In this document: piece after piece, positions 45,701 to 56,300 of the stretch
How positions within the stretch are numbered: the stretch's first letter is position 1
How the letters are laid out: each line of letters starts with the position of its first letter
IMG/VR virus record: IMGVR_UViG_3300037962_000450
Span: 16,722 to 80,721 of that record
Strand: one strand, 5' to 3'
Origin: a virus
Taxonomy: Duplodnaviria; Caudoviricetes
DNA: 64,000 nucleotides
Program-made: the position numbers and the translations under genes
The notes under the pieces: model-generated
Seen by the model: only the letters and a program-made list of their open reading frames with translations
Database searches by the model: none
Told to the model about the DNA's origin: nothing

Positions 45701-47316
45701 TGAAAGATATCGTTGAAGGCCAGCTAGCTAAGCTTACCGACAAGCAGCTACAAGCCGTTGCAAGCGGCGAGATGGATATCTCTGAATTGCTGCAAGGCAT
45801 GGGTAAAGACATTAGCAAGCTTGGTGCAGGAGCATTGGCAGCAGCTAAAGCCATGCAAGCTCATGAGCAGGCAATGATAGGCCTTACGCAGAAGAGAATA
45901 GCAGCCGAGAAAAATCTTATCAGCGCACAGATGCAGGCTGTAGATGTCTTTATGGAAGCAGCCGACATACTTGCTCAGGTTGGTGGAGAAGCCGTTACTC
46001 CAGAAATGCGAACACAGGCAACCCTTGAAAAAGCAAACATAGCTGGAAGGGGCTTAGGTTTATCAGACCTTAAAACCGGAAGCGCCGAAGAGCTTCGCCA
46101 AAGAACTAATGAGATTATGCAGGAGTTTGGCAAGCAGGAAATTAAAGGCAGAACTCCGGGAGAATTTGCGGGAGCAGAGGGACTTGACGCAGACAAGCGT
46201 GCCGAACTACAAAAAGCAATGCAAGATCAGATTGCTCTCCACAGAGATCTCATCAAGAACAAGATGGAAGAACTCAAGATTCTTGAGAAAAAGAATGCCC
46301 TCGAAAAAGAATCTCTAGAAGCCGCCCTCAAGGGTGACATGGAAACATTCCTTAAGAAGCAGGCCGCTGCCGGAGCTACCGCAGCAGCAGCAACTGGCGA
46401 TCAAAGGCTAATGAGAATGTTCGGCGCAGACGCTGTTGGCGAAGCGTTTAGCAATGTCCAGAAAATGCAGCAGGAAGGCGTGCAAGACGTAGAGGGCATG
46501 AATATAGATCAAGTCAAGGCTACCTTGGCGGCAACAGGTCTGGCAATGAGAGGCCTTGGCGATGATCCTAGAATGACAGACCTTCTTGCTGGTCAGATGC
46601 CTGAGCAGGAAAGGTTGAAGGGTGAAATCGGAGAGCTGGCTATGGGTATGTCCGATACAGCCCAAGCCGCAACAGAGCTTGCCGAGATGCAGGTTCAGAC
46701 TGCAAACATGAACATCGCTCAAGCAAACCTCACCTTCCAGAAAACCTTAGAGCACGGAGATGCCCAGTTCAGAAGATGGGGAGGTCCAATATATGCCAAC
46801 AGAGGAATGTTTATTCCTAGGGGAACAGATACTGTTCCGGCAATGCTTACACCGGGAGAATTCGTTGTAAGAAAGGAAAGCGTCAACAGGGGTAATAACC
46901 TGCAAATGCTGAAAGCCATTAATCAAGGTTCTTATACAGCAGGGTTCAGCGGGGCTGTTCAAGGCGTTCAAAGGCTGGCACGCGGAGGTAGAGTACAGTA
47001 TCTTCAGGAAGGCGGCGTTGCTGCTGCCGCAGGAGCAGGTGTCGGGATAGACCCAGCACTTGTCAGTCAATTAGCGGCAAGTCTGGATAGATTCAATTCT
47101 GAACTTTCGTCCAATATAGCTTCCCTGCAAAACATGAAGTTCCAGATCAAACTTGATACTACAAACCTGAACGTAAACCTAAACGGAACAAGCTTCCTCG
47201 CCCAACTCAAAGACAGCTTAAAGCAGGAATTGCTGGCAGAAGTTGGAAACAGGATAAAAGATCTCAAGTTCAACAACGCTGGAGAACCTCAAACCAGCAG
47301 CAGTGTACTAGGATAG
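39706..47316 (+). CDS. Tape measure protein (2536 aa)
   Basis: TP901-like TMP core (FERQLVKVSQVTG...INAVAGRFAV...GLRTIFTRI), Ala/Glu/Lys-rich helices, three DTVPA(M/L)LTPGEFV modules. Confidence 0.92.
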   Translation: MSRFVLTAQLQLQAPRNVGSVVRQMQSQLSDIKVKVSLDGASRTSSDLNKINKDVKKVTDSASRMGKAFAVSVKRFAAFSIATRTVSLFTNVIGGAVEEAINFERQLVKVSQVTGKSLSQLKDLTREITRLSTSLGVSSRSLIEVSRTLSQAGLDAQQTKVALEALAKTSLAPTFEDITETAEGAVAIFNQFGQGAEALEKQLGAINAVAGRFAVEAGDLISTIRRTGGVFKAAGGNLNELIALFTSVRATTREAAESIATGLRTIFTRIQRPSTIKFLRELGVELLNAEGKFVGPFEAVKRLSEALSDIQPGDIRFVQIAEQLGGFRQIGKVIPMIQQFAVAQEALKVAMDGQDSLAQDAISAQQALAVRITKVKEEFLALVRAVSESATFQLMANTALSLASALIKIADALKPLLPMLTLMAGIKIFSGLKSFAGGIMGRGAATPQKFATGGVVPGSGNRDTVPAMLTPGEFVIRKSSVKKIGADNLQRMNDGGVVLKGTLADESMGIFALTRNRKDTEGDLSVKDDWGSFSITNKKGGITALNSNFSLGLSNTGDKFAAFKNLNGDEQQRVLGQTKAGRKLLKTLNDGYPTMNADSAVIGTASKRAFGDDAEGRETAQRSVTAALQDVQVPGSDIPASAMLSISGTQKQMLIGQAPNDPSDSSGLVEAVRQQVYAKSSEKLKEAVTELIDSDSGTIAKLKAGVKPTITFNQGAFDKHISSLIKNEKGAYSQAVKGIAGFVQEGLIAGVTGATLGGGGTSFDFPDVSAQQSQLSSLYGGDFSNMESGDAKPTAALDEFRANAKKLADSIASNTDNRFTEKSKLLARVERMATGGAVSDTVPALLTPGEFVVNRSSARRIGYGNLHRMNTKGVQGFASGGIVGGPRTFANGGSVATQNATLRTEELQMFMMQIGAAAIAASTAAEAIASHAAESDESAEMIRELGTRASAAISTFGAISVGLDQWQNKMAAAGDVALESGEAWAIAAQAAGKSVEEIGSMAKRGGATDKERDARAQLAHLGGKKADEQIAKRGQKKFDKLSRQDEKLGTQEDEKKAQVQKREKQIGKIEGKIKKKRQRRNENEGRREELRVAKVPLKQELDEREAKATQLDKEITGTRHEIKGRTQAKEKADQTVADTFQRGQEIATELEDRDKKTEGLEKSRVKKEKEVDRNRQGVTRAVEATQTAREEFQLDREQSKHIKMSAPPMANVGGQFRSRTPEEQSELDDAKGRLERLQQGLPADGGAVGGGGTVAQMQVQAQQVIIQAQSVTMTEGDVNVPVVKDEKAIAAAEADVASLSGPRRHEAGAVSTTKTRDLNKGEIEALGVQHEKVKTLKQNIASGGPLLPSTPEEEAAVSGKVADEQAAVDALAKSRQQLNSIIEQQAQTQEEIRQLSLEGLEVTEANREAHHESWKQAVALKDAKSELLHLTNEEKLNNEQIHDLTGQIAEIDGERRQLISESMKLTSEMKDLREEEAFAAKEVEEINKQILEIEKQRKAVQDQMEGGPEGQAIQHRASMVASAASAAVGGGDAGDAAAEKVTSGMERIKAASDGLADQFGSQEKFLKAYSTELSRGVPAGKAFNRAMSQAGVSASGTAKKTGKLRSAMSQAASKIRGAGGKISGAFSKLNAKMAGMGKAVGAVMAVGQQAVAFVQDLQQKQFDKALEQGDTATAEGMIGDMGKMDMVGGAMSGAMAGAAMGAMFGPLGAAIGGLVGLLGGLAMAFLGFEAKFKEREKKVAAVEMKKAKEATGKAMTDISEKGLTSSSVKDATAAIDAQGAAMNKKSKLDGKMLHSDEERKKMGEEIAAQELQLASAIGSRATSEKELEEAMEGLLNNTTGNAKAEMDAARSAFAVAQANRALAKANADLLKITSAFNAATNAVSNFVKGLETGTNRFDSIVTDLEESQKNIALGKGGVQAVDKARSATMEGLKRAGLDETSELGKSVARSFDQQEKAAEFMANMPRKLDSMNFTQGDDAATVRDKLRSELITADMSGPMKDIVEGQLAKLTDKQLQAVASGEMDISELLQGMGKDISKLGAGALAAAKAMQAHEQAMIGLTQKRIAAEKNLISAQMQAVDVFMEAADILAQVGGEAVTPEMRTQATLEKANIAGRGLGLSDLKTGSAEELRQRTNEIMQEFGKQEIKGRTPGEFAGAEGLDADKRAELQKAMQDQIALHRDLIKNKMEELKILEKKNALEKESLEAALKGDMETFLKKQAAAGATAAAATGDQRLMRMFGADAVGEAFSNVQKMQQEGVQDVEGMNIDQVKATLAATGLAMRGLGDDPRMTDLLAGQMPEQERLKGEIGELAMGMSDTAQAATELAEMQVQTANMNIAQANLTFQKTLEHGDAQFRRWGGPIYANRGMFIPRGTDTVPAMLTPGEFVVRKESVNRGNNLQMLKAINQGSYTAGFSGAVQGVQRLARGGRVQYLQEGGVAAAAGAGVGIDPALVSQLAASLDRFNSELSSNIASLQNMKFQIKLDTTNLNVNLNGTSFLAQLKDSLKQELLAEVGNRIKDLKFNNAGEPQTSSSVLG

Positions 47317-47326
47317 GGGTAGGATA

Positions 47327-50300
47327 ATGTCGATAGAGTGTCTTTGCGTAAAGCGCGGTAAGGCTTCTATAACCTCACACGGTGGGGTTATTAAGGCTAA
47401 GATATCCTGTGCCCCTGCATGCGTCACCGGCAAGATGAAAGGCTCCGCCTCTATCAAGGCTGGCAATCGCAGAGAAAGAAATGGCTCTGCTAAGATTACA
47501 GCCGAAGCCACAATTACTGGTGGTCAGGGTGTAGAATCCTACAAGATACCAAGAACAGAGAAGCCTAGAATTGGACTACAAGCTTGGCTTGGTGGAAGGT
47601 GGACTCCTCCAGATATCGACTCAGACCAATGGACGCCTCCCCAGTTTAAGCAAATCTACGGTCAAGATTTTGTACACCTAGGTAAAAAGCTTAACCATGT
47701 CGGAGAGGGAGTCTTGACTCCGGGCCTTAACGTTATATATGGCCTTAAAAGAAATATCAGCGCTGGAACAACTCTACGTTCTCCCTACACAGATAAGTTT
47801 GCTGGAGATTTCAGCGACTTTGGCTGTGCCCATAAGCTGTACCCCATAAAGGATATAGATAATAGCTGGGATGGCGGATACATCGTTGATGAAACCAACG
47901 ATAGCGGAAACCTCTATCAAAGCGTAAATGAGGGTTTGTTTACCGGTAGCTATCATACAAACTTCGGGCAAAGCTTAAGGCTTTCAGATGACCGCAATAC
48001 ATTCATTCAGCCTTCAGCGGTATACACTGATGGCACCTTTAGATATAAGTTTGAAGTTACCAACCCTTCACACACAGCCAAGGATAGCAGGCTGTACCTA
48101 AGAGCCTCAGCCCCAAGACACAATTACTCCTCAGACACTCCTCCTAGGTATAAGATACAGGACATCAAGTTTGAAGATCCGTCAGGAAACTTGATAATCA
48201 AATATGAGGATATCATTCTTAGGGGTGACTCGGACTATAGTAGCTATAAGTATGTGAACTTTGCTACATACGGATCAAAACCTCAGAAGAACAACCTCCT
48301 CCTCCACACTTGGCAGTCTGGCTATCCTTATATGGAAGAGGGTTCTGGTTATACCGTCAGTTTTGAGATAGATGTTGAGTGTCTGGACGATCCATTTGAC
48401 CCCGGTTTTGGTATAGGTTTTCAGGAGAGCTGTGAACTTCTTGACGCTGAAGTTCCTCATTCCGATAATGATTATCTAGCCCTTGATGGTTCTCCTCTAG
48501 CAACCCAAACTCAGCGGCTATCGTATCTAAACCCCACGAACACTATAAGAATCTCAGCCATAGAAATCTGTAATAGTGGAGGGTTTGAGACTCTCAGGGA
48601 AAATTACCTACCAATACACTTTGGCGTTCAAGCTAGCGGAAGAAGAATTGAACAATGCATACTTCCAAAGCTGATGCCAACATATGGATACGGAGCAGAT
48701 AGTATCTATCCAGCAGCCAGTAGCGTATGGAGAGATGCTAACGGAACTCTAACAAATCAAAGCGGTGTAGGCGCGGGCCACCTCACATCTCTCGTAGCGA
48801 ATGAAAGTAGAATCCATGCTATAACAATGGACTCTACTAGCCCAGTAGCAGATTCAGGGAAGTTGTTCCTTGAATTTAGATCTACGCCTCCCAAACAAAC
48901 TACTGACTGGAGGGGTGGAGACTTTGATATAGGTTATCTAACCAATGACTTTAATGTAGCAAGACAGACCACCTTTACGCCGGAAGACCACACGTTTGAG
49001 GTCGATGAAATACGACTAGACATCCTAGCTAAAAAGAAAGTTGGCAGTCGAGATTATGCTTTGGATGTTGTCGGATGGAGTGACGACAAGCTCTTAAACG
49101 TTACATCTAGCGTTGGAGGATTCTTGCAGAACAGGTCTGGTGGTAACAACTTTGATCCCATCTCTTCAGGCTTTAATGTCACGGATGAGTTAGCCCTTGG
49201 TGGCGAAGCCTTGTCCGACAAGCATCAATACTACAAGACTAGTGGAACCAACAATGACGGCGGAGACCACTACATCTTAACAAACACGCCTCTCGTGACA
49301 AGTACCGCCTTCCAATGGTACGAAATACCGTTAAAAATATACGAAGACACGGTAGAGGTTGGAAAGTCCCCAGCCTACAACCAAAGCTCATTTTTTGAAA
49401 AATTGTTCCTAGACATATTTCCATTTCCTAGCGGTGCTACTATTGCCGCCGCCAAGCTTTGCGTTAAGTATAAGCCTCAGAACAGTATCAATCTGCATAC
49501 CCTCGGGTATGAGAAGATGCATAGAATAAATAATATAAGGGCCGAATCTAAAATACGCCCATCTGTCAGATCTTCTACGGATGATATCCTAAACGCCGGT
49601 TCCGGGTTATCCAGCCTGTCGGCCATATCTAACATACCCCATGCCTACAAAACTCCTGACGACATAAAGTCTAACTACTCTAGGAGATGGAGGGGTATTG
49701 AGGGAATAGTTCAGGGTCCGTTTGACCCAGATGAATTCAACTTTGGATTTAATAACCCGCTTCTTGACTACCCGTTCTTATCGGGATTCTACAACTTCTC
49801 AAACAATAGCTATGATCTAGGCATAGCTATAAACTCTGTACCGCTAGGTTCTGGTTTCGGCAACACCAGCGGTATTATGAATACAACCTATGACGAATAT
49901 TTATTCCAAAATATAGGCTGGAGATTCAATGATAGCGGAATATTCTCTCAGCAGTTACCCGGACTTAGTAGCTCCTACAGAACCACAGACTGGACATCTC
50001 TAAGTAATGGTTCGTTTGACTTTACGGCAGATCCTCTTTACGGGAATATTGCAGACGCCTTTGATAGAGCCATCAGAGTCTCAGGAAGCAACTCGTATGT
50101 AGACTTTGGTCACATAGATACAACTAGCGGTTTTTCAATATACACAAGATTCACACCAGACGCAAACGTTAGCGGAGTAGGGTACAACCTCTTTGAGTCT
50201 GGAGTTATATTCTCCAAGTGGGATGCGTCTAAAGACTTAGACTTCGCTCTTGGTTATGAAGGCGGATATCTATGTGGATACGCTAAGGATATAGATGACA

Positions 50301-53300
50301 ATATAATTAAGGTTAAGGATACTATAAAATATAGTGCTTACCAGTACCCGCTGTCAGTCATTCTAACATACAATGACCACCAGTCAAGCGGTCTTAAATT
50401 ATATACTGACAACGAAATACACTCAGGAGTATTTAATACTAAAAGAGCTGAATCTAGCGCATTCTATAAAAAATCAGGCGACAGCAAGCTGATTCTAGGT
50501 AACTCGTTTGGTTCCGGTGTCGGCATGAATATGTTTGTGACAGAATTTGGAATCGGAACGTGGCATGATTCTGAAGCCGGTTCTGGTTGTCATATAGTCG
50601 AATCCTCCCCAGACCTCACTGTCAAAGAAGTCACAGCGGATAATTTCCTCAGAGGTAACAGGGTTAAATTCTGGGCTTCAGGAGAACCAGCCTCCAACGA
50701 TAGATACGGTCTGTGGGACTACGTAAATGAAGATACCCTAGACTGGGATCTTGGAGCGTTTAAGGTCTGTGAGTTCAGTCCAGACTTTGACTTCTTTACT
50801 AAGAGGGTCGGAAGAGACCTTATCTCAACAAGGCTCATTCACGACGGATCGGGGTATACACAGAGGGTTAACCTCACTGTTCCTGCTTCTGTCAATCATT
50901 CAGGTCTGGCATACCACACTCAGATAGAAAATGACTTCTTAAGATTTAATCTTTCAGACGCATCCGACAACTTCTATACCGCCAATCACCCAAGAATTAC
51001 CAAAGACTTACCTCGTGGCTATAAGTTTGCGGACAGAGCATTCGTTGTCGAGACAATTCTGGAACACGAGACTCAAGACTTAATTTCTTGGCCGGATGGT
51101 AACTTAGGTCCGAAGCTGATAGTTAGCCTGTACACAAAGAACCAAGAGCCAGTTTCCTACCCGACAGAAAACTGGGGTCTTATCAATAGGGATATACATT
51201 ATCTCAAACCTTCTGGTTGCTGGAGGAGGATTGATAGCACGTTTACTTACGATAACTTCTTTGATGAATCTGAGGCTTGGGCGCTATTCCCATATGAAAG
51301 AAGGTTAACAGAGTTCAATAAGAAGTACTACTCGCAAGATGTCAATGATATGTTCTTGCAGTACGACTTGGTGTATCCTTCAGGAAGCGCGTTTGATTCT
51401 AGGATTAACATCCACAGCGCTCACGTAAGACTGGAAGATGCTTTTGTTAGTCCGACTCAAATGTCAGGAGAGGTTCCGTTAACTGTAAGTGGAGAACTAA
51501 GGCCTAGAGAAGTTCTTCCGATGCACTCTATCTCCATATGCCAGATAAGCAACAGGGAGTCAGGAGTTAGCGTTTGTGAAGATATACTTAGAGGATCAAT
51601 ACCAAGCGGTTTGTGTCTGTACACAGAAGGGCCGTTTTATGTAGATAATCTAACCACATCTAGTGGTATGGTTATGTATACCTCTGGAAATATTTGGAGT
51701 AGCGGAAACTCATCCTTGGCTCTATTGGCTTCTGGAAAATCTTTAGGGTCAGTAGGCGGAGCCGGATCGGATGGCGGCATTGATGATGATTTTGTAGGCC
51801 TTAATCTTTACGTTAGCGGAATGTTAAAAACTAATGAGCAGCTACCGCTATCTCTCCTGAATGACCAGACAACAATAACTTACCCCTACCCAACCCTAAA
51901 CCTAAACACACATGCGTCTCAAGAATCACGAAGAGGATCTTTTGGTTACGTTCCTCTATACCTCAAACAGCACGAAGACATCAAAGAGACTTCCAGCGGA
52001 ACTAATCTTAACTTGTTCACCTCCGCTATTGGTATCACATCACAAGGATTCTCTCAAGGTTTTATAGGCCTAATAACAGCAGCCCCCCAGACAGTATCTG
52101 GAACAGCGCTTAATCTAACTCTATACAACCAAGTCAATCTGATTCCAAATGTAAGTAGTGGTAACTTTAGCCTACATACCACAACTCATGGGGCTGGCAA
52201 TACAGCCGAGCTAATGAGATGGAGTAAGTACAACTATGGTCATGAAATAACCATAGACGACAATAGCTTTGCCACACTGGATGCTGATGATGAAATTAGG
52301 GGCGTTGATTTAATTTGTTCAGCAGCCTGTGACGCAAGCGGCACACCAAACAAGTGTAACGAGAAAGAGATCTTCACACACAACGTCGTCTGGAGGGATA
52401 GTAACTGTGTAGACGGAGGTATCTTTAGACCAAGAGCAACTTACACAAACCTGAGCACACAAGGGTTTAATACAGACGTTGGATATAGCGGCCACTTCTA
52501 CGGAATCAGAAAATACACAAACCTAGCTCCAAACTCTCCATATTACCTTACCATGAAGGGTACTACGGGAAGCACAAAGACTATCCCTGTAGGAAGAGAT
52601 TTTGAAGAGTGGGAATATGGATCGGTAGATGATGTTCAATTCTCAGGCAATAAGTTTATCGCAGACTACCCATACATGAGTGGGCAAAAATCCTTAACCG
52701 CCCCGTCAGGCAGAACTTCTGGCGATTGGTACGGCAAGTCAGTTGCACTAACATCAGACATAATGGTAGTTGGAGCACCGCTACACGAATTTGACGAGAT
52801 GGGCGGAACCACCTACTTCGACTCTGGCAACAACAGGCTAGAATGGATAGGCGCAAGCGGTCTGTACGAAGCTGGAGCAATGTTCCTGTACAGAAGAGGT
52901 GAACAGCCACAATCTCCCAACATGCACCCAAGCGGACACAAAGCTCCATGGACACTGGAATCCAAGATCGTGCTTCCGTCAGCATACAGAGGCGATTGGT
53001 TCCATACACACCCGGATGTTTTCTCGGTTGGTGGGATGCCCGCTCTACCTGTAAGGCAGTGGCACATAGGGCAAGAAGGCAGAAGGTTGGGTCACTCTAT
53101 TGGAGTTGGATCAACATCCAACAACCCATCCCTAGGGGAAGATAAAAGGGAGATTGTTGTAGCAGGTGCTCCTAGAGGTCATTGGGACAGAAAGTTTGAC
53201 AACGTTGTTACTACGCCAATTAAGATTGCGGTAATGGTTTTCTCAGACGAGTTTGTATATAACGAGAAGAAAGCCGCTACTATCCTAGCAAAGCAGAACA

Positions 53301-56300
53301 AGCTTAACGAAATCTTTAAGTACTACTCCGCCGATCCAAGAAGCCTAGAAATAAATGTTCTTATATACGAGCCGACAGGGGTTGCGTCTCCAAATTCAGA
53401 TATAACCACCAAAACTGCACCTTGGATACACCACGACCAAATTCCAAGAAACACGTATTCTCACGGGGTGGTGAACAACACACTTTCCGTACAAAGCGGA
53501 ATTACAGAGCTGTTCCACAGAGCTTTCCCATATGATGCATCACTACCACTTAATGGTCTGCCACCTATTGTTGGCTTCTATGTTGATGATAGCAGATCTT
53601 TAGGCCGGGAGGAAGTGGAACCCGCAATAGACAACTTCGTTAATTACTATAAATGGTATAGCCATGCTAGTGGTGTACAAGATGTTTACGGAACAGTAGA
53701 TTCTGGTCATATATACGAATATAAACCAAGCAGAGGGGCTGCTGAAGATTGGCTGTGGATGTCAAACACATTGGTGGACAACCTTCTTGATAGCGGAAGA
53801 CTGATCGAAGACAACGGGTTAAGGTTTATTACAAGTGGCGTAGGACCAGAGTTCCAAAATCCAAACCTCACAGAATTCAACAGACCTCCCGCTAGTGGTG
53901 GTAGAGCGTATATCTTTGAAAAAGAAAGCGGCGTATGGAATCTTATCCAAGAGATATCTAGGAAGCAACTGGTTAAAGAGCTTGATATCGGCGGTGGTAC
54001 CACTGGTGAAGGAGATCCTTTCTACGATGATGCAGCGCACTACGAATATGATTCCTTTGGACATGCGGTTGCTATCAGTGAGAATACTGAAGTCATATCA
54101 ATAGGTTCTCCATATAGCAATGAGGCTTGTGTTGTATTTGAACACGACCCAAGTGAGAAAGATAGACTTTACAGGCACTTGCCCCTATGGTTGAGATTTA
54201 AAAAATCCACTGATACCCACTATGAGACCATATATAGTAGGTGGGAAGTATACCAAAGAAGCCTTGGTGATACAGAAGCATCAAAGAAAATCTATCTCGA
54301 ATTAACGCCAAGTGACAAGTTCACACTTAGAAGCGACCCTGTGTACTGGGATAGTATCAAAAGTGACCCAATTAGAGAGTACAGAAAGGTATATCAGTAT
54401 AATTACTCAAACATAGGGCACCGAGGTACTTGGCAGTTTATTCCTAGTATCTACGCCCCAACATCAAGACTGGGTTGGAGTACCGCCGTAAGCGAAGATG
54501 GAGACACTGTAATATTTGGCGCTCCTACAGACAGCTTTAATGAGTTTGATGACACAAACGTTTACTATAAACCAAACAACACTTGGGCTTCCTATGTGAA
54601 CGCTGGAGCGGTGAGAGTGTTTGAGTCTAGAAAATACCATCCACACTCCGGTGTCGTAGAGTTTTACAAGTTTGGAAATCTTGATGAGAGCCGAAGAGCT
54701 ATTGCAGATAGAGGTGAAGATTACAGCGACATCAAGCACACCTTTGAAACCCAAGGCATTCCGTTCAGGAGAACCGGCTTCTCAGAAGTAGAGATACCAA
54801 AGAGTGCTGGGTTGGCATTTATTATAACGCCGGAGATAGATGCTGCTAGCGATGAAGTTATAGAGAACATTAAAGATTGGCTCGCTCTGGGAGACAGGAC
54901 GCTTGTTCTAGTAGGCAATGACCCGGAATGGGAAGGTAATGGAGCTTACAAGCAGTCTAATGAAGTAGTGAACAAAATCCTATCCAAGCTATCTTCTAGA
55001 ATGAGAATACATCCGGCAAGAAATGAATTCGAGTCATTGCCCGGATGCGCCCCTTCAGGCAAGCCTAATATACTTCCTTCGTTCAGACCTACCGGGGGTA
55101 GGCTGACAAGTGTCAAGACTCCTAAAATGTTTGGTAAGGGCGTGGGTGATATACGCATGCACATCCCAACATGGTCAAAATTAAATTCCCCTTGTGATGA
55201 TCTCAATGACAAGTGCGAGCTTCCTCTTGACAGGTATGGAGACCTCAGAGCTGAATGGCAAAGCGAATGTACAACCAACACTCCGAAATGTGACAGGAGT
55301 GTCAAATATAAAACTAACTGGCCTCTGCATTTTGGTACAGTTCCTTGGCCTTGCGACACCCAATGTACCCCTGACCCAAGAGCAATGATAGGTCCAAACG
55401 AAGAGCCTAAACCTCTCCTCGTTGCTGCGGAAGAGGTTCCAGAGAAGGTTACTATATATCCAGCTTGGGAAGAGTGCTGGACGGAAACTATATACTGTAG
55501 AAAGTGGGTTAATGACGCGCCCCTAGTCACTTGGAAATTTGGAGACCCAGTAGGCGATGTCCAATTTGCTTGGAGTGAGAAAGATACTAACTATACATCA
55601 TCTGACAGAGCTAAGTACATAGATCCGCCTGAGTACGAAGATAGAGACGGACTCATAATGGCAGAAGCCTCGTCTAAAGACGACGATCCGCCTATTAGGT
55701 CGCAAGAAGATGTGTATCCAGATTCAACTATCGTGGCAAAAGAAGACTGGGCTGGAAACAATACATCTAAAGTTGTAATGATTGCAGGAGTAACATCCGA
55801 GTCAGAAGGAAACTTGATACAGGGTTCCTATGACTACAACATATCCTTCTATCTAAACTTGGTAGGGAAAGGCTGTAATTCAGTACATCTTAAAAAGGGA
55901 AGTATTGTCCAACTGGGAGGTTGGACTAAGAGGTCTAGCTTCAGGGACGCTTACAAAGCCTCCTGCTTGGGATCATACACAACCAGTGACGGAAAAGAAA
56001 GTAATGGCATATTCAGGCAATACGGAAATGTGCTCATTGAAAACTTCATGGTTGAGGAGACAGAAAGAGAAGGAAAGGGCATTGACGACGTTCACAATGT
56101 ATGTTGGATAGCTAATGCAAAAGATATTCCATCCGTAGAAGATATTAAAGATATCAAGGAGTGGATGGATAAAGGTAATAAAACACTGGTCATTACTTAT
56201 GCAAATTCTATGCCTTGTGGTGTGTCTGATGAAGCTTGCCCAGACCCGGAAACAGCCGTAGATTTGGATTATGTTCCGCCTAGCCAAAAATACGCTAGGG

